64,000 nt of DNA. Origin: Dehalococcoidia bacterium (GTDB lineage: Bacteria > Chloroflexota > Dehalococcoidia > Bin125). Below, one piece after another: positions 47,720-57,490 of the stretch (position 1 is its first letter; every line of letters starts with the position of its first letter). The DNA lies in contig CAXXSR010000001.1 of NCBI GenBank assembly GCA_963662615.2, forward strand, positions 800,001 through 864,000. Direction: 5' to 3'. The position numbers and the translations under genes are program-made. The notes below the pieces were generated by a model. It worked only from the letters and a program-made list of their open reading frames with translations. It had not been told where the DNA came from and searched no databases.

Positions 47720-48655
47720 TCAGGCGTGAGGGATGTGAGGAAGTCGTAGGTGCGGGCGCGAGCGTCGCGTGAGGGATGTGAGGAAGTCGTAGGTGCGGGC
47801 GCGAGCGTCGCGGTCGGTGGGGATGGCGATGAAGTCGCTGACGCCGATGTCGCGGAGGCGCTGCAACTGTCGCACGACTTCGGCCTCGTCGCCGATGGGC
47901 GAGACGTCGGCGGGGCTTTTGGCGCCGGATCCTTCGATGACGCGTTGGTAGGAGGGGAGGTCGGTGTAAAAGCCGTAAGCGTGGTCGATGCGCTCGCGGC
48001 CGGCGTCGGCGTCGGCGGCGACGATGACGGGGACCGAGGCGATGATGCGGGGTTGGGGGCGCCCGGCGGCCTCGGCGGCGCGGGTGATGGTGGGCAGGAC
48101 CGTGCCCTCCAGGTAGGAGGGGCCGGCCATCCAAGTGACGGTGCCGTCGGCGAGGCGGCCGGCGAGGGCGAGCATCTGCGGGCCGAGGGCGGCGAGGATC
48201 ACGGGCGGCGGTTGGGCGTCGGGCACGCGCAGCTGGGCGTCGATGCGGAAGAGGTCGCCTTTGTAGTCGACGTGCTCGCCGCGCAGCAGCGGTCGCAGGA
48301 CTTCCAGGTACTCGCGCATGTAGCGGACGGGCTTGGCGAAGTCGAGGCCGAGCGAGTCCTCGATGATGCGGCGATGGCTGAGGCCGAGGCCGAGGACGAA
48401 GCGGTTGCCGCTGGCGGCGGCCGCCGTGAGCGCCTGTTGGGCCATGACGAGAGGGTGGCGCGTGTAGACGGGCACCACGTCGACGCCGAGCTCGATGCGG
48501 GAGGTGACGGCGCCGGCGGCGGCGATGAGGGTCATGGTGTCGTGGTCGTTGATGCTGGGGAGCCAGGCGCCGGTGAAGCCGTCCTCTTCGAGCTGCCGGT
48601 AGCGGGCGAGCTTGTCGGCGAAGGTGCGGGCGATGGGGGAGGTGGCGAGTCGCAT
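47720..48655 (-). CDS. LLM-class (probably F420-dependent) oxidoreductase
   Basis: TSRIELG, RHPLVMAQQALT, RFVLGLGLSH, LAALGPQMLALAGRLADG. Confidence 0.9.
   Translation of the reverse strand: MRLATSPIARTFADKLARYRQLEEDGFTGAWLPSINDHDTMTLIAAAGAVTSRIELGVDVVPVYTRHPLVMAQQALTAAAASGNRFVLGLGLSHRRIIEDSLGLDFAKPVRYMREYLEVLRPLLRGEHVDYKGDLFRIDAQLRVPDAQPPPVILAALGPQMLALAGRLADGTVTWMAGPSYLEGTVLPTITRAAEAAGRPQPRIIASVPVIVAADADAGRERIDHAYGFYTDLPSYQRVIEGSGAKSPADVSPIGDEAEVVRQLQRLRDIGVSDFIAIPTDRDARARTYDFLTSLTRRSRPHLRLPHIPHA
47724..47812. repeat. Perfect 43-bp tandem duplication at the 3' end of the LLM gene
   Basis: gcgtgagggatgtgaggaagtcgtaggtgcgggcgcgagcgtc at 47724 and 47767. Confidence 0.92.
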
Positions 48656-48749
48656 GGTGGGTCTCCGTGGCGGTGGTGGGCGAGGGGACGGTAGGGGGCA
48701 GGGGAGAGGCGGTCAATGCGGTCGCGGGGCGGGGGCGTGAATTGCCGGC

Positions 48750-49028
48750 CGTTCGCCCTTCGGCGAGGTCAGGGGGAACGGGTTGAAAGGCTCAGGGGGA
48801 ACGGAGGGACCTCACCCATCCTCCCCCTCTCCATCACAAGGCGATGGAGAGGGGGAGGATGGGGGTTCGCCCTTCGACCGTTCGTCCTTCCCGCGGGGAA
48901 GGATCAGGACAGGCAGGTTCAGGGTGAGCGGGTTTAGAAGGGGGGCTCCTTCCCAGGGGGAAGGACAGGTCAGGGTGAGCGGGGGGCCTGTGGCCCGCTC
49001 GCCCTTCGACAGGCTCAGGGTGAGCGGG
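48750..49028. repeat. Composite REP-like palindromic repeat cluster
   Basis: Five TCAGGG(T/G)GA(G/A)CGG copies (48769, 48792, 48919, 48970, 49015), full unit GCCCTTCGACAGGCTCAGGGTGAGCGG at 49001, perfect 21-bp hairpin at 48815-48863, two TCCTTCCC..GGGAAGGA hairpins. Confidence 0.8.
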
Positions 49029-49033
49029 CGGGG

Positions 49034-49396
49034 CTAGTCGGCGGGGAGGGCGGCTTTGGCTTGGGCGGCGATGGCGGCGAAGGCGTCGGGGTCGCGGATG
49101 GCGAGGTCGGCGAGGACTTTGCGGTCGATCTCGATCCGGCCCAGGCGCAGGCCGTGGATGAAGGTGCTGTAGCTGAGGCCGTGGAGGCGGGCGGCGGCGT
49201 TGATGCGCTGGATCCAGAGGCGGCGGAAGTCGGCTTTGCGGTCGCGGCGGTCGCGATAGGCGTAGGCGAGCGCGTGTACGCGTGACTCGGCCGCGCGCCG
49301 GAAGATGCGGTGGCGAAGGCCGTGATGCCCTTTGGTCTGGGCGATTATCTTTTTGTGCCGGCGGCGCAGTTTGGTGCCGCGCCTCACACGGGTCAC
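49034..49396 (-). CDS. rplT: 50S ribosomal protein L20
   Basis: TRVRRG...[40 protein letters not shown]. Confidence 0.97.
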   Translation of the reverse strand: MTRVRRGTKLRRRHKKIIAQTKGHHGLRHRIFRRAAESRVHALAYAYRDRRDRKADFRRLWIQRINAAARLHGLSYSTFIHGLRLGRIEIDRKVLADLAIRDPDAFAAIAAQAKAALPAD

Positions 49397-49403
49397 GTCG
49401 TTC

Positions 49404-49490
49404 TTACCTCCCTAGGAGAGACGAGTGTGGCATCGGCGGGGGCCGCTTGTGCCGGCGGCGCAGCTTGGGGCCGCGCCTTACGCGGGTCAT
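49404..49490 (-). other. 28-codon mini-ORF duplicating the L20 N-terminus ([28 protein letters not shown])
   Basis: ATG 49490 with AGGAGG/GGAG upstream; 14 of the first 15 residues match rplT; TAA 7 nt before the rplT GTG. Confidence 0.55.
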
Positions 49491-49552
49491 GGTGGTCTCC
49501 GTCCTCCTGCTGGGCGACGCGACCGCGCTTGTCGCTCCCAGCCGCGCGACCG

Positions 49553-49756
49553 CTAGGAGCCGTAGGGTAGCAGCCGCTTGATCGTCTTTTGCTGGCGCTT
49601 GGACTTGACCGGATGCATGTCGCCCATGGCGAAGAGCTGGCGCTTGTTCTTTTTGGACTTGTTGTGGCCGCGGTGGCCCTTCATCCGCAGCACCTTGCCG
49701 GTGCCGGTGATCTTGAAGCGCTTTTTGGCGCCGCTGTGTGATTTCATCTTTGGCAT
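49553..49756 (-). CDS. rpmI: 50S ribosomal protein L35
   Basis: [21 protein letters not shown]. Confidence 0.97.
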   Translation of the reverse strand: MPKMKSHSGAKKRFKITGTGKVLRMKGHRGHNKSKKNKRQLFAMGDMHPVKSKRQQKTIKRLLPYGS

Positions 49757-49772
49757 CAGCGTATCTTTGACA

Positions 49773-50360
49773 TCAGACTGCGGCTTGCTCGGAGCCGGCC
49801 GGCTCGGCCTCGCTCTCCTTGGCCAGCGCCGCCGCCTTCACCTTGTCGGCCGTGACGATCACGCTCATAAAGCGCCCTTCCATGGAGATGGACTTCTCCA
49901 CGAGCAGCGGGATCCCCTCTTCCTCCAGGCGCTCCATCATGGCCGTGATGCGATCTTTGCCGATCTGCGGGTGCGTGATCTCGCGTCCGCGGAACATCAC
50001 GGTGATCTTGACCTTGTCGCCTTCGCGCAGGAGCTTGGCGGCGGTGCGCGTCTTGAAGTCGATATCGTGCTTGCCGATGTTCGGCTTCATCTTCACTTCG
50101 CGCAGCTCGACGCGGCTCTGCTTCTTCCGTCCTTCGTTCTCGCGCTTGGCTTGCTCGTACTTGAACTTGCCGTAGTCCAGGATGCGCGCGACGGGGGGTT
50201 GCGCGGTGGGGGCGACCTCGACCAGGTCCAGGCCTTGTTCCTCCGCCAGTCGCAGCGCCGCCGCCGTGGGCATGACGCCGAGTTGCTCGCTGCCCTGGCC
50301 GATCACGCGGACTTCGGGCACTCGGATTCGCTCGTTGATGCGATGCTCACGGCTTGCCAG
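49773..50360 (-). CDS. infC: Translation initiation factor IF-3, probable non-canonical CTG start
   Basis: [42 protein letters not shown]; conserved N-terminus extends to CTG 50360, with GGAGG 6 nt upstream. Confidence 0.93.
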   Translation of the reverse strand: MASREHRINERIRVPEVRVIGQGSEQLGVMPTAAALRLAEEQGLDLVEVAPTAQPPVARILDYGKFKYEQAKRENEGRKKQSRVELREVKMKPNIGKHDIDFKTRTAAKLLREGDKVKITVMFRGREITHPQIGKDRITAMMERLEEEGIPLLVEKSISMEGRFMSVIVTADKVKAAALAKESEAEPAGSEQAAV

Positions 50361-50429
50361 AGACGTCCTCCGTTTTCATGGCGGCGCGCGCAGCGGGCGG
50401 CCCCGCCTGCCAGGCGCCATCAGCGTCTC

Positions 50430-50459
50430 ATCGTAGCAATCGTACGAAAACGGGGTCAA
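50430..50459 (-). promoter_or_regulatory. sigma-70 promoter of infC-rpmI-rplT
   Basis: TTGACC-N18-TACGAT with TG extended -10. Confidence 0.65.
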
Positions 50460-50465
50460 TGGCAC

Positions 50466-50990
50466 TCACGACCGCTCCTCCTGGACCGCTAGGACCAGCA
50501 GGAGGGCGCCCGGCTCCACAGCGTCGTCCGGTTCGACGTGCACGCTCTTGACGCTGCCGCTCAGCGGCGATCGGATTTCGTTGTTCATTTTCATGGCGAC
50601 GATCACGATCAGGGGGTCGCCCTGGACGACGCGATCGCCCTCCGCGACCAGCAGCTCGACGATGGCGCCGGCCATGGGCGCCGTGATCGCGAGCTCGCGC
50701 CCGGCGGTGGCCAGGCCCTCGGCGGCGCCCGGCACGCCGCCCCGCTGCACGGTCACCATGTGCGTGTCCGGGCCCACCACGACCTTGAGGCCGCCGCGCT
50801 CGCGTGCAATCACGACCTCAATGGCCCGTCCATCCACCAGCAGCCGGTAGAGGTTGCCGTCGCCCACCCGCTCGAGGCGGACGGCGTGCTCGCGTCCGCC
50901 GACGACCATCTTGAAGGCGCCGTGGGGAGCGGGCACGATCTCGATCTGTTGGTTCGTCGATCCGACGGCTAGAGAGAGCCTCGGCGCCAT
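50466..50990 (-). CDS. Biotin carboxyl carrier protein
   Basis: APMAG, AMKM biotinylation motif, V..GD.V. Confidence 0.9.
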   Translation of the reverse strand: MAPRLSLAVGSTNQQIEIVPAPHGAFKMVVGGREHAVRLERVGDGNLYRLLVDGRAIEVVIARERGGLKVVVGPDTHMVTVQRGGVPGAAEGLATAGRELAITAPMAGAIVELLVAEGDRVVQGDPLIVIVAMKMNNEIRSPLSGSVKSVHVEPDDAVEPGALLLVLAVQEERS

Positions 50991-52510
50991 CCCTGCTCCA
51001 GGGCGCGGCGGTGGCGCGCCTGTCTGCTCCAGCCCCCCTGCCCGGCGCCGTTGCGCGCACCAGGGTCAAGGGAGCGCTCGCCCTGCTCGCGGAGGAAGGC
51101 GGCGGCGGCGAGGGCGGCCGTCTGGGCGGTCTGGGGCCGCGCCTCCGGGTGCATGGTAAAGGACTCCTGCACGGAGTCCGTGTGGAACTGCCCGGCAATG
51201 AACTTGGGGTCGTCCAGGAGCGCCAGGTGAAAAGGGATGCTGGTGGAGATGCCGACGATGGTGAACTCGCGGAGGGCGCGGATCATGCGGCGGCGGCAGT
51301 GCTCGCGGTCGCGGCCCCAGACGGCGAGCTTCGCCAGGAGGGAGTCGTAGTGGACGCTGACCTCCATGCCGGGGTAGAGCATGCTATCGACGCGGACGCC
51401 GGGTCCGGCGGGCTCGCGGAAGTGCGAGACCGTGCCCACGCTGGGCAGGAAGTTGCTGTAGGGGTCCTCCGCCACAATGCGGCACTCCATGGCCCAGCCT
51501 TTGGGAGGCCGCTGCGCGGCCGTGTAGCCGAGCGGCTCGCCCGCCGCCAGGCGCAGCTGCTCCGCCACCAGGTCCATGTCACGGACCAGCTCCGTGACGG
51601 GATGCTCCACTTGCAGGCGGCTGTTCATCTCCAAGAAGGTGAAGTGATCCTGATCGGTGACGAGGAACTCCACGGTGCCGGCGTTGACGTAATGACTGGC
51701 GCGGGCCACGGCCTGGGCCGCCTCCTCCATCCGTTCCCGGAGCGCCGGCGTGAGGGCGGGTGACGGGCTTTCCTCCAGCAGTTTTTGACGACGCCGCTGG
51801 ATGGAGCACTCGCGCTCACCCAGCGTCACCACGTCGCCGTGCTGGTCGGCCAGCAGCTGAATCTCAATGTGGCGCGCGGGCCGCAGCCATTTCTCAATGA
51901 AGATGGCGCCGTCGCCGAAGGAGAGCGCGGCCTCGCGCCGGGCGCTGGCCATGGCCCGGGCCAGCTGCTCTTCGTGATGGGCGACGCGGATGCCCTTGCC
52001 GCCGCCGCCGCCGGCCGGTTTGACCAGCAGCGGATAGCCGATGCGGGCCGCGACGCGAGTCGCGTCACGGACGTCGGTGACCGGATCGATGGAGCCCGGG
52101 ATGATCGGCACCCCGGCGTCCTGGGCGGCGCGGCGCGCAGCGATCTTGTCGCCCGTGATGGCCAGGGCCTCGGGCGGCGGGCCCACGAAAGTCAAGCCGG
52201 CGTCGCGACAGGCGCGGGCGAAGGCGGCGTTTTCGGCCAGGAAGCCGTAGCCGGGGTGGACGGCCTGGGCGCCGGAGCGGCGGGCGACGTCCAGGATGCG
52301 CTCAATGTTGAGATAGCTGTCGGCCGCCGGGGCGGGCCCCAGGAGATGCGCCTCATCGGCGTAGCGGACGTGCGGGAGGGCGGCGTCGGCATCGGAATAG
52401 ACGGCGACGGTGCGGATGCCGAGGTCGCGGGCGCTGCGGATGATGCGGAGGGCAATCTCGCCGCGGTTGGCGACGAGGAGGGCGTTGAAGAGTGGGGTCA
52501 CCGTTGGCAT
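50969..52510 (-). CDS. accC: Biotin carboxylase subunit (acetyl/propionyl-CoA carboxylase)
   Basis: LVANRGEIALRI, HPGYGFLAEN, GGGGKG, ERECSIQRR, FLEMNSRLQVEHPVTE. Confidence 0.93.
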   Translation of the reverse strand: MPTVTPLFNALLVANRGEIALRIIRSARDLGIRTVAVYSDADAALPHVRYADEAHLLGPAPAADSYLNIERILDVARRSGAQAVHPGYGFLAENAAFARACRDAGLTFVGPPPEALAITGDKIAARRAAQDAGVPIIPGSIDPVTDVRDATRVAARIGYPLLVKPAGGGGGKGIRVAHHEEQLARAMASARREAALSFGDGAIFIEKWLRPARHIEIQLLADQHGDVVTLGERECSIQRRRQKLLEESPSPALTPALRERMEEAAQAVARASHYVNAGTVEFLVTDQDHFTFLEMNSRLQVEHPVTELVRDMDLVAEQLRLAAGEPLGYTAAQRPPKGWAMECRIVAEDPYSNFLPSVGTVSHFREPAGPGVRVDSMLYPGMEVSVHYDSLLAKLAVWGRDREHCRRRMIRALREFTIVGISTSIPFHLALLDDPKFIAGQFHTDSVQESFTMHPEARPQTAQTAALAAAAFLREQGERSLDPGARNGAGQGGWSRQARHRRALEQGWRRGSL

Positions 52511-52622
52511 GCCGGCGCTTCCCGCTGGGCCTCGCCTGCCGAGGGTCGGGCGCGATCATAGCAGCGGTCGCAGGGAGGGACGAGAAGGGCGCACCTCCCC
52601 CCGCGAGGGGGCGTTGGGGCCA

Positions 52623-54410
52623 TCAGCGGCGGCGCTCGCGGACTTCGGCCTGGAGGTCGGCGGTGAACTGCTGGGCGGGAACGATGCCCAGGTCCTGGCC
52701 GCCGCGTTTGCGCACGGCGACCGCGTTGGCGGCGATCTCTTTGTCGCCGACGATGAGGAGGTAGGGGATCTTTTCCAGCTGGCCGGTGCGGATCTTGGCG
52801 TTCATGCGCTCTTTGCCGTCGTCCACGTCGGCGCGGAGGCCGTCGCGGCGCAGCCGCGCGACGACGTCGCGGGCGTAGGGGAGGTGGCGGTCGGCGATGG
52901 GGATCAGTCGCGCTTGGATGGGGGCGAGCCAGGCGGGGAAGTTGCCCTCGTAGTGCTCAATGAGAATGCCGAGGAAGCGTTCGGTGGTGCCGGTGATGGC
53001 GCGGTGCAGGACCACGGGCGTGTGGCGGGCGCCGTCCTCGCCCACGTACTCGCAGCCCAGCCGCCCGGGCTGGATGAAATCGACCTGAATGGTGGAGAGC
53101 TGCCATTCGCGGTCCAGGACGTCGCGGGCGAAGAAGTCGGCCTTGGGCCCATAGAAGGCGGCCTCCCCCTCCTCTTCGTCATAGGCGAGTCCGGAGGCGT
53201 CCAGGGCGCGGCGCAGGGCCTCAACGGCGCGCTCCCACTGTTCCGCTTCCTCATTGAGTTTGTCGTCGCTGCCGGGCAGGGAGAGGGCGACGCGGTAGTC
53301 GCTGAGGCCGTAGGTGTCCAGGGCGGTGCGGACCAGGCTCAAGGCGAGGGCGAACTCGTCCTGGATCTGATCGGGCGTGCAGAAGATGTGGCAGTCGTCC
53401 TGGGTGAGCGCGCGCACGCGCGTGAGCCCGATCAGCTGCCCGGACTTCTCGTCGCGGTAGAGGGTGGCGAACTCGGCGTAGCGAAGGGGCAGGTCGCGGT
53501 AGCTGTGCGGCTGGGCGTTGTAGAGGGTCATGTGGGAGGGGCAGTTCATGGGCTTGAGGAAGGTTTCCGTATCGCCATCCACCATGGGCGGGAACATGAG
53601 GTCGCGGTAATTGGCCAGGTGTCCGGAGCGTTCGTAGAGGCGGCCCTTGGCGAGATGGCCGGTCCAGACGTGCTGGTGGCCGCTGGCCTCCTGGAGATCG
53701 CGCATGTAGCTCTCCATGGTGTGGCGGATGATCTCGCCCTTGGGCAGGAAGAGGGGGAGGCCGGCGCCGACGTCGTCGGAGAAGATGAAGAGGCCGAGCT
53801 CGCGGCCGAGCTTGCGATGGTCGCGGCGGGCCGCCTCTTCGAGCCGCTGGAAGTGCGCTTTCAGTTGAGCGGGCGTGGCGAAGAGCGCGCCGTAGATGCG
53901 CTGCAGCTGCGGGCGCTTCTCATCGCCGCGCCAGTAGGCGCCGGCGACGTTGGTGAGCTGGAAGGGGCCGATCTCGCCGGTGTTGCCCACGTGGCCGCCG
54001 CGGCAGAGGTCGGTGAAGCCGGCGTGCGTGCAGAGGCCCACGGGGCCGCCGTCGGGGCTGAACTCGTCGATCAGCTCCAGCTTAAAGGGCTGATCCCCAA
54101 AGCGTTCGCGCGCCAGGCGCGCGGGGACCTCTTCCCAGACGAAGGGGTGGGCGCGCCGCACCTCCTCCTGCATGCGCCTCGCGATGGTTTCGAGGTCGTC
54201 CGGGGTGAGGGTGCGGGAGAGGAGGAAGTCGTAGTAGAAGCCGGTGTCAATGGGCGGGCCGATGGCGATCTTGCCGTCGGGGAAGATCTCCAGGACGACT
54301 TGGGCCAGGACGTGGGCGGCGGAGTGGCGCATGCGCCGCAGCCATTCGGCCGTGTCAACGTCGTCGGGCCGCGCGACCGCCGGGCCTTGGCGCTGTTCTT
54401 CGTCGCTCAT
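52623..54410 (-). CDS. thrS: Threonine-tRNA ligase (short form, no N-terminal TGS domain)
   Basis: RHSAAHVLAQ, DLCRGGH, RDHRKLGREL, LKPMNCPSH, GEAAFYGPK, STIQVDF; start may be 54443. Confidence 0.97.
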   Translation of the reverse strand: MSDEEQRQGPAVARPDDVDTAEWLRRMRHSAAHVLAQVVLEIFPDGKIAIGPPIDTGFYYDFLLSRTLTPDDLETIARRMQEEVRRAHPFVWEEVPARLARERFGDQPFKLELIDEFSPDGGPVGLCTHAGFTDLCRGGHVGNTGEIGPFQLTNVAGAYWRGDEKRPQLQRIYGALFATPAQLKAHFQRLEEAARRDHRKLGRELGLFIFSDDVGAGLPLFLPKGEIIRHTMESYMRDLQEASGHQHVWTGHLAKGRLYERSGHLANYRDLMFPPMVDGDTETFLKPMNCPSHMTLYNAQPHSYRDLPLRYAEFATLYRDEKSGQLIGLTRVRALTQDDCHIFCTPDQIQDEFALALSLVRTALDTYGLSDYRVALSLPGSDDKLNEEAEQWERAVEALRRALDASGLAYDEEEGEAAFYGPKADFFARDVLDREWQLSTIQVDFIQPGRLGCEYVGEDGARHTPVVLHRAITGTTERFLGILIEHYEGNFPAWLAPIQARLIPIADRHLPYARDVVARLRRDGLRADVDDGKERMNAKIRTGQLEKIPYLLIVGDKEIAANAVAVRKRGGQDLGIVPAQQFTADLQAEVRERRR

Positions 54411-54567
54411 GCTCAGGGTTCCATTGTCGGCATGGGCGGGCACTGGGTCGATAGGCCGGTCAATAGGCCCATGCGCGCGCGCCGGCCGCGCCGGCGGGGC
54501 GGGAGCGCGACGAGGCCCCTGCGTGAGGGCAGGTCCGGCGCCGACGAGGTGGCCGGGTGGGCAGGGA

Positions 54568-54644
54568 TGGTGGGCGATACTGGACTTGAACCAGTGACCT
54601 CTGCGATGTCAACGCAGCGCTCTAGCCGACTGAGCTAACCGCCC
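54568..54644 (-). tRNA. tRNA-Val(GAC)
   Basis: GGGCGGTTAGCTCAG...TTGACAT...GGTTCAAGTCC...CGCCCACCA, 77 nt. Confidence 0.96.
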
Positions 54645-54658
54645 CGGTCGCCGGCTCA

Positions 54659-54688
54659 ATGCTAGTTGGCCCGTTTCCGGGGGGTCAA
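54659..54688 (-). promoter_or_regulatory. Promoter of tRNA-Val (and possibly thrS)
   Basis: TTGACC-N18-TAGCAT. Confidence 0.55.
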
Positions 54689-54857
54689 TTTTCGCCAGCG
54701 CAGGTTTCGCGAGAGTGGGCGGGAGGCGCGGCTGGCGGGTCGCCGGAGCCGTCGCTGCGATGACGCGCTGCGATGGCGCGCTACGATGGCGATTGTGGGG
54801 TCGCCCCACAGCGGTGCGGTAGGCTGGATGCGCGCGTGCCGGGGCGAGTTCGGGAGT

Positions 54858-54933
<76 letters not shown>

Positions 54934-54998
54934 CGCCCGCCCCTGCGGCGGGGCCGGCGCCGGCAAGCGCAGGGGCGCCCGATCGGGGGTCGGCTCTG

Positions 54999-55083
54999 GG
55001 GGAAGTGTCGGAATTGGCAGACGAGCATGATTTAGGATCATGTGCCGCAAGGCGTAGGAGTTCGAGTCTCCTCTTCCCCACCA
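54999..55083 (+). tRNA. tRNA-Leu(TAG)
   Basis: GGGGAAGTGTCGGAATTGG...TTTAGGA, long variable arm, GTTCGAG, CTTCCCCACCA, 85 nt. Confidence 0.95.
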
Positions 55084-55125
55084 GCGCCGCCGACCCCTAG
55101 CCCCGCGTCTGCGAGGAGAAGGCTC

Positions 55126-56150
<1,025 letters not shown>

Positions 56151-56154
<4 letters not shown>

Positions 56155-57401
56155 CCGGCGACCGCGGGCAGTCCGAGAACGATCGACGCCGAGAGGAGCC
56201 GGCGCGGGCGCGCGCTGGGGCGGTGGCGCGGGTGGAGACGGGGGTGGGCGCGCTCACGCCGGAGGAGATGCGCGCGAAGGCGACGTCCGCGATCCGGGCG
56301 GCGAGCGGCGCGCTCAGCCATCGTGGCCCCCGCGTCGGCCGCAGCACGCCGCGCGCCAACACGCTGCTGGAGGTGGAGGGGCTGAAGATGTACTTCCCCG
56401 TCAGCGGCGGCGTCTTCTTGCGGCGCAAGGTCGCGGACATCAAGGCCGTGGACGGCGTCAGCTTCCACATTCGCGAGGGCGAGACGCTGGGCCTGGTTGG
56501 CGAATCCGGCTGCGGCAAGACGGCGACGGGCCGCGCCATCCTCCAGCTTTACCGGCCCACGGCCGGCCGCGTCTGGATGTACGAGCGAGAGGGCGCGGGG
56601 CTCTCGGCGCCGGCGGGCGCGGGAGGGGAGGTTGGCGCGCGGCGCGTGGAGCTGACCTCGCTGCGGGGCAAACGGCTGCGGCGGTACCGGCGCCGCATGC
56701 AGATGATCTTCCAAGACCCCTACGCCTCGCTGAATCCGCGCATGAGCGTGGGCGGCATCCTGGCGGAGCCGCTGGCGATCCACGGCCTGCACAAGGGCCG
56801 GCGCAAGGAGCGCGTCAGCGAGCTGCTGACGACCGTGGGGCTGAACCCGTATTTCGCCACGCGCTACCCGCACGAGCTGTCGGGCGGACAGCGCCAGCGT
56901 GTCGGCATCGCCCGGGCGCTGGCGGTGGAGCCGGCCTTCATCGTGGCGGATGAGCCGGTCTCGGCGCTGGACGTCTCCATTCAGGCGCAGATCATCAATC
57001 TGCTGGAGGAGCTGCAGAAGAGCTTCGGGCTGACGTACCTGTTCATTGCCCACGACCTCTCCGTGGTGCGGCACCTCAGCCATCGGGTGGCGGTGATGTA
57101 CCTGGGCAAGATCGTGGAGCTGAGCGACAGCGACTCGCTCTACGAGGACCCTCTGCATCCCTACACACAGGCGCTGCTCTCGGCCGTGCCGATCCCGGAC
57201 CCGGTCGTGGAGCGCCGGCGCGAGCGGATCATCCTCAGCGGCGACGTGCCCAGCCCGCTGGCGCCGCCGCCCGGCTGCAACTTCCATACGCGCTGCCCCA
57301 TCGCCATTGACATCTGCAAGGTCGAGGACCCGGAGTGGGTGGAGCACCGGCCCGGCCACTTCGCCAAGTGCCATCGCATCGCAGAGTCCAATCACATCTG
57401 A
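56151..57401 (+). CDS. oppF: Oligopeptide/dipeptide ABC transporter ATP-binding subunit (OppF/DppF)
   Basis: [49 protein letters not shown]. Confidence 0.93.
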
Positions 57402-57490
57402 GACCCAGCGCTTCTCAGGCAGGGTCGGGTGCGTCAGGCCGGGAGCGGTGGCTCGGGAGCGGGGCGGCTGCGTGATACGATCGACACCCC

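Noticed and set aside
45451-47720. AGATCTGAC inverted repeat as terminal repeats of the R-M island
   Set aside because: Only 9 bp; the right copy is part of the ancestral LLM gene end; no transposase or target duplication.
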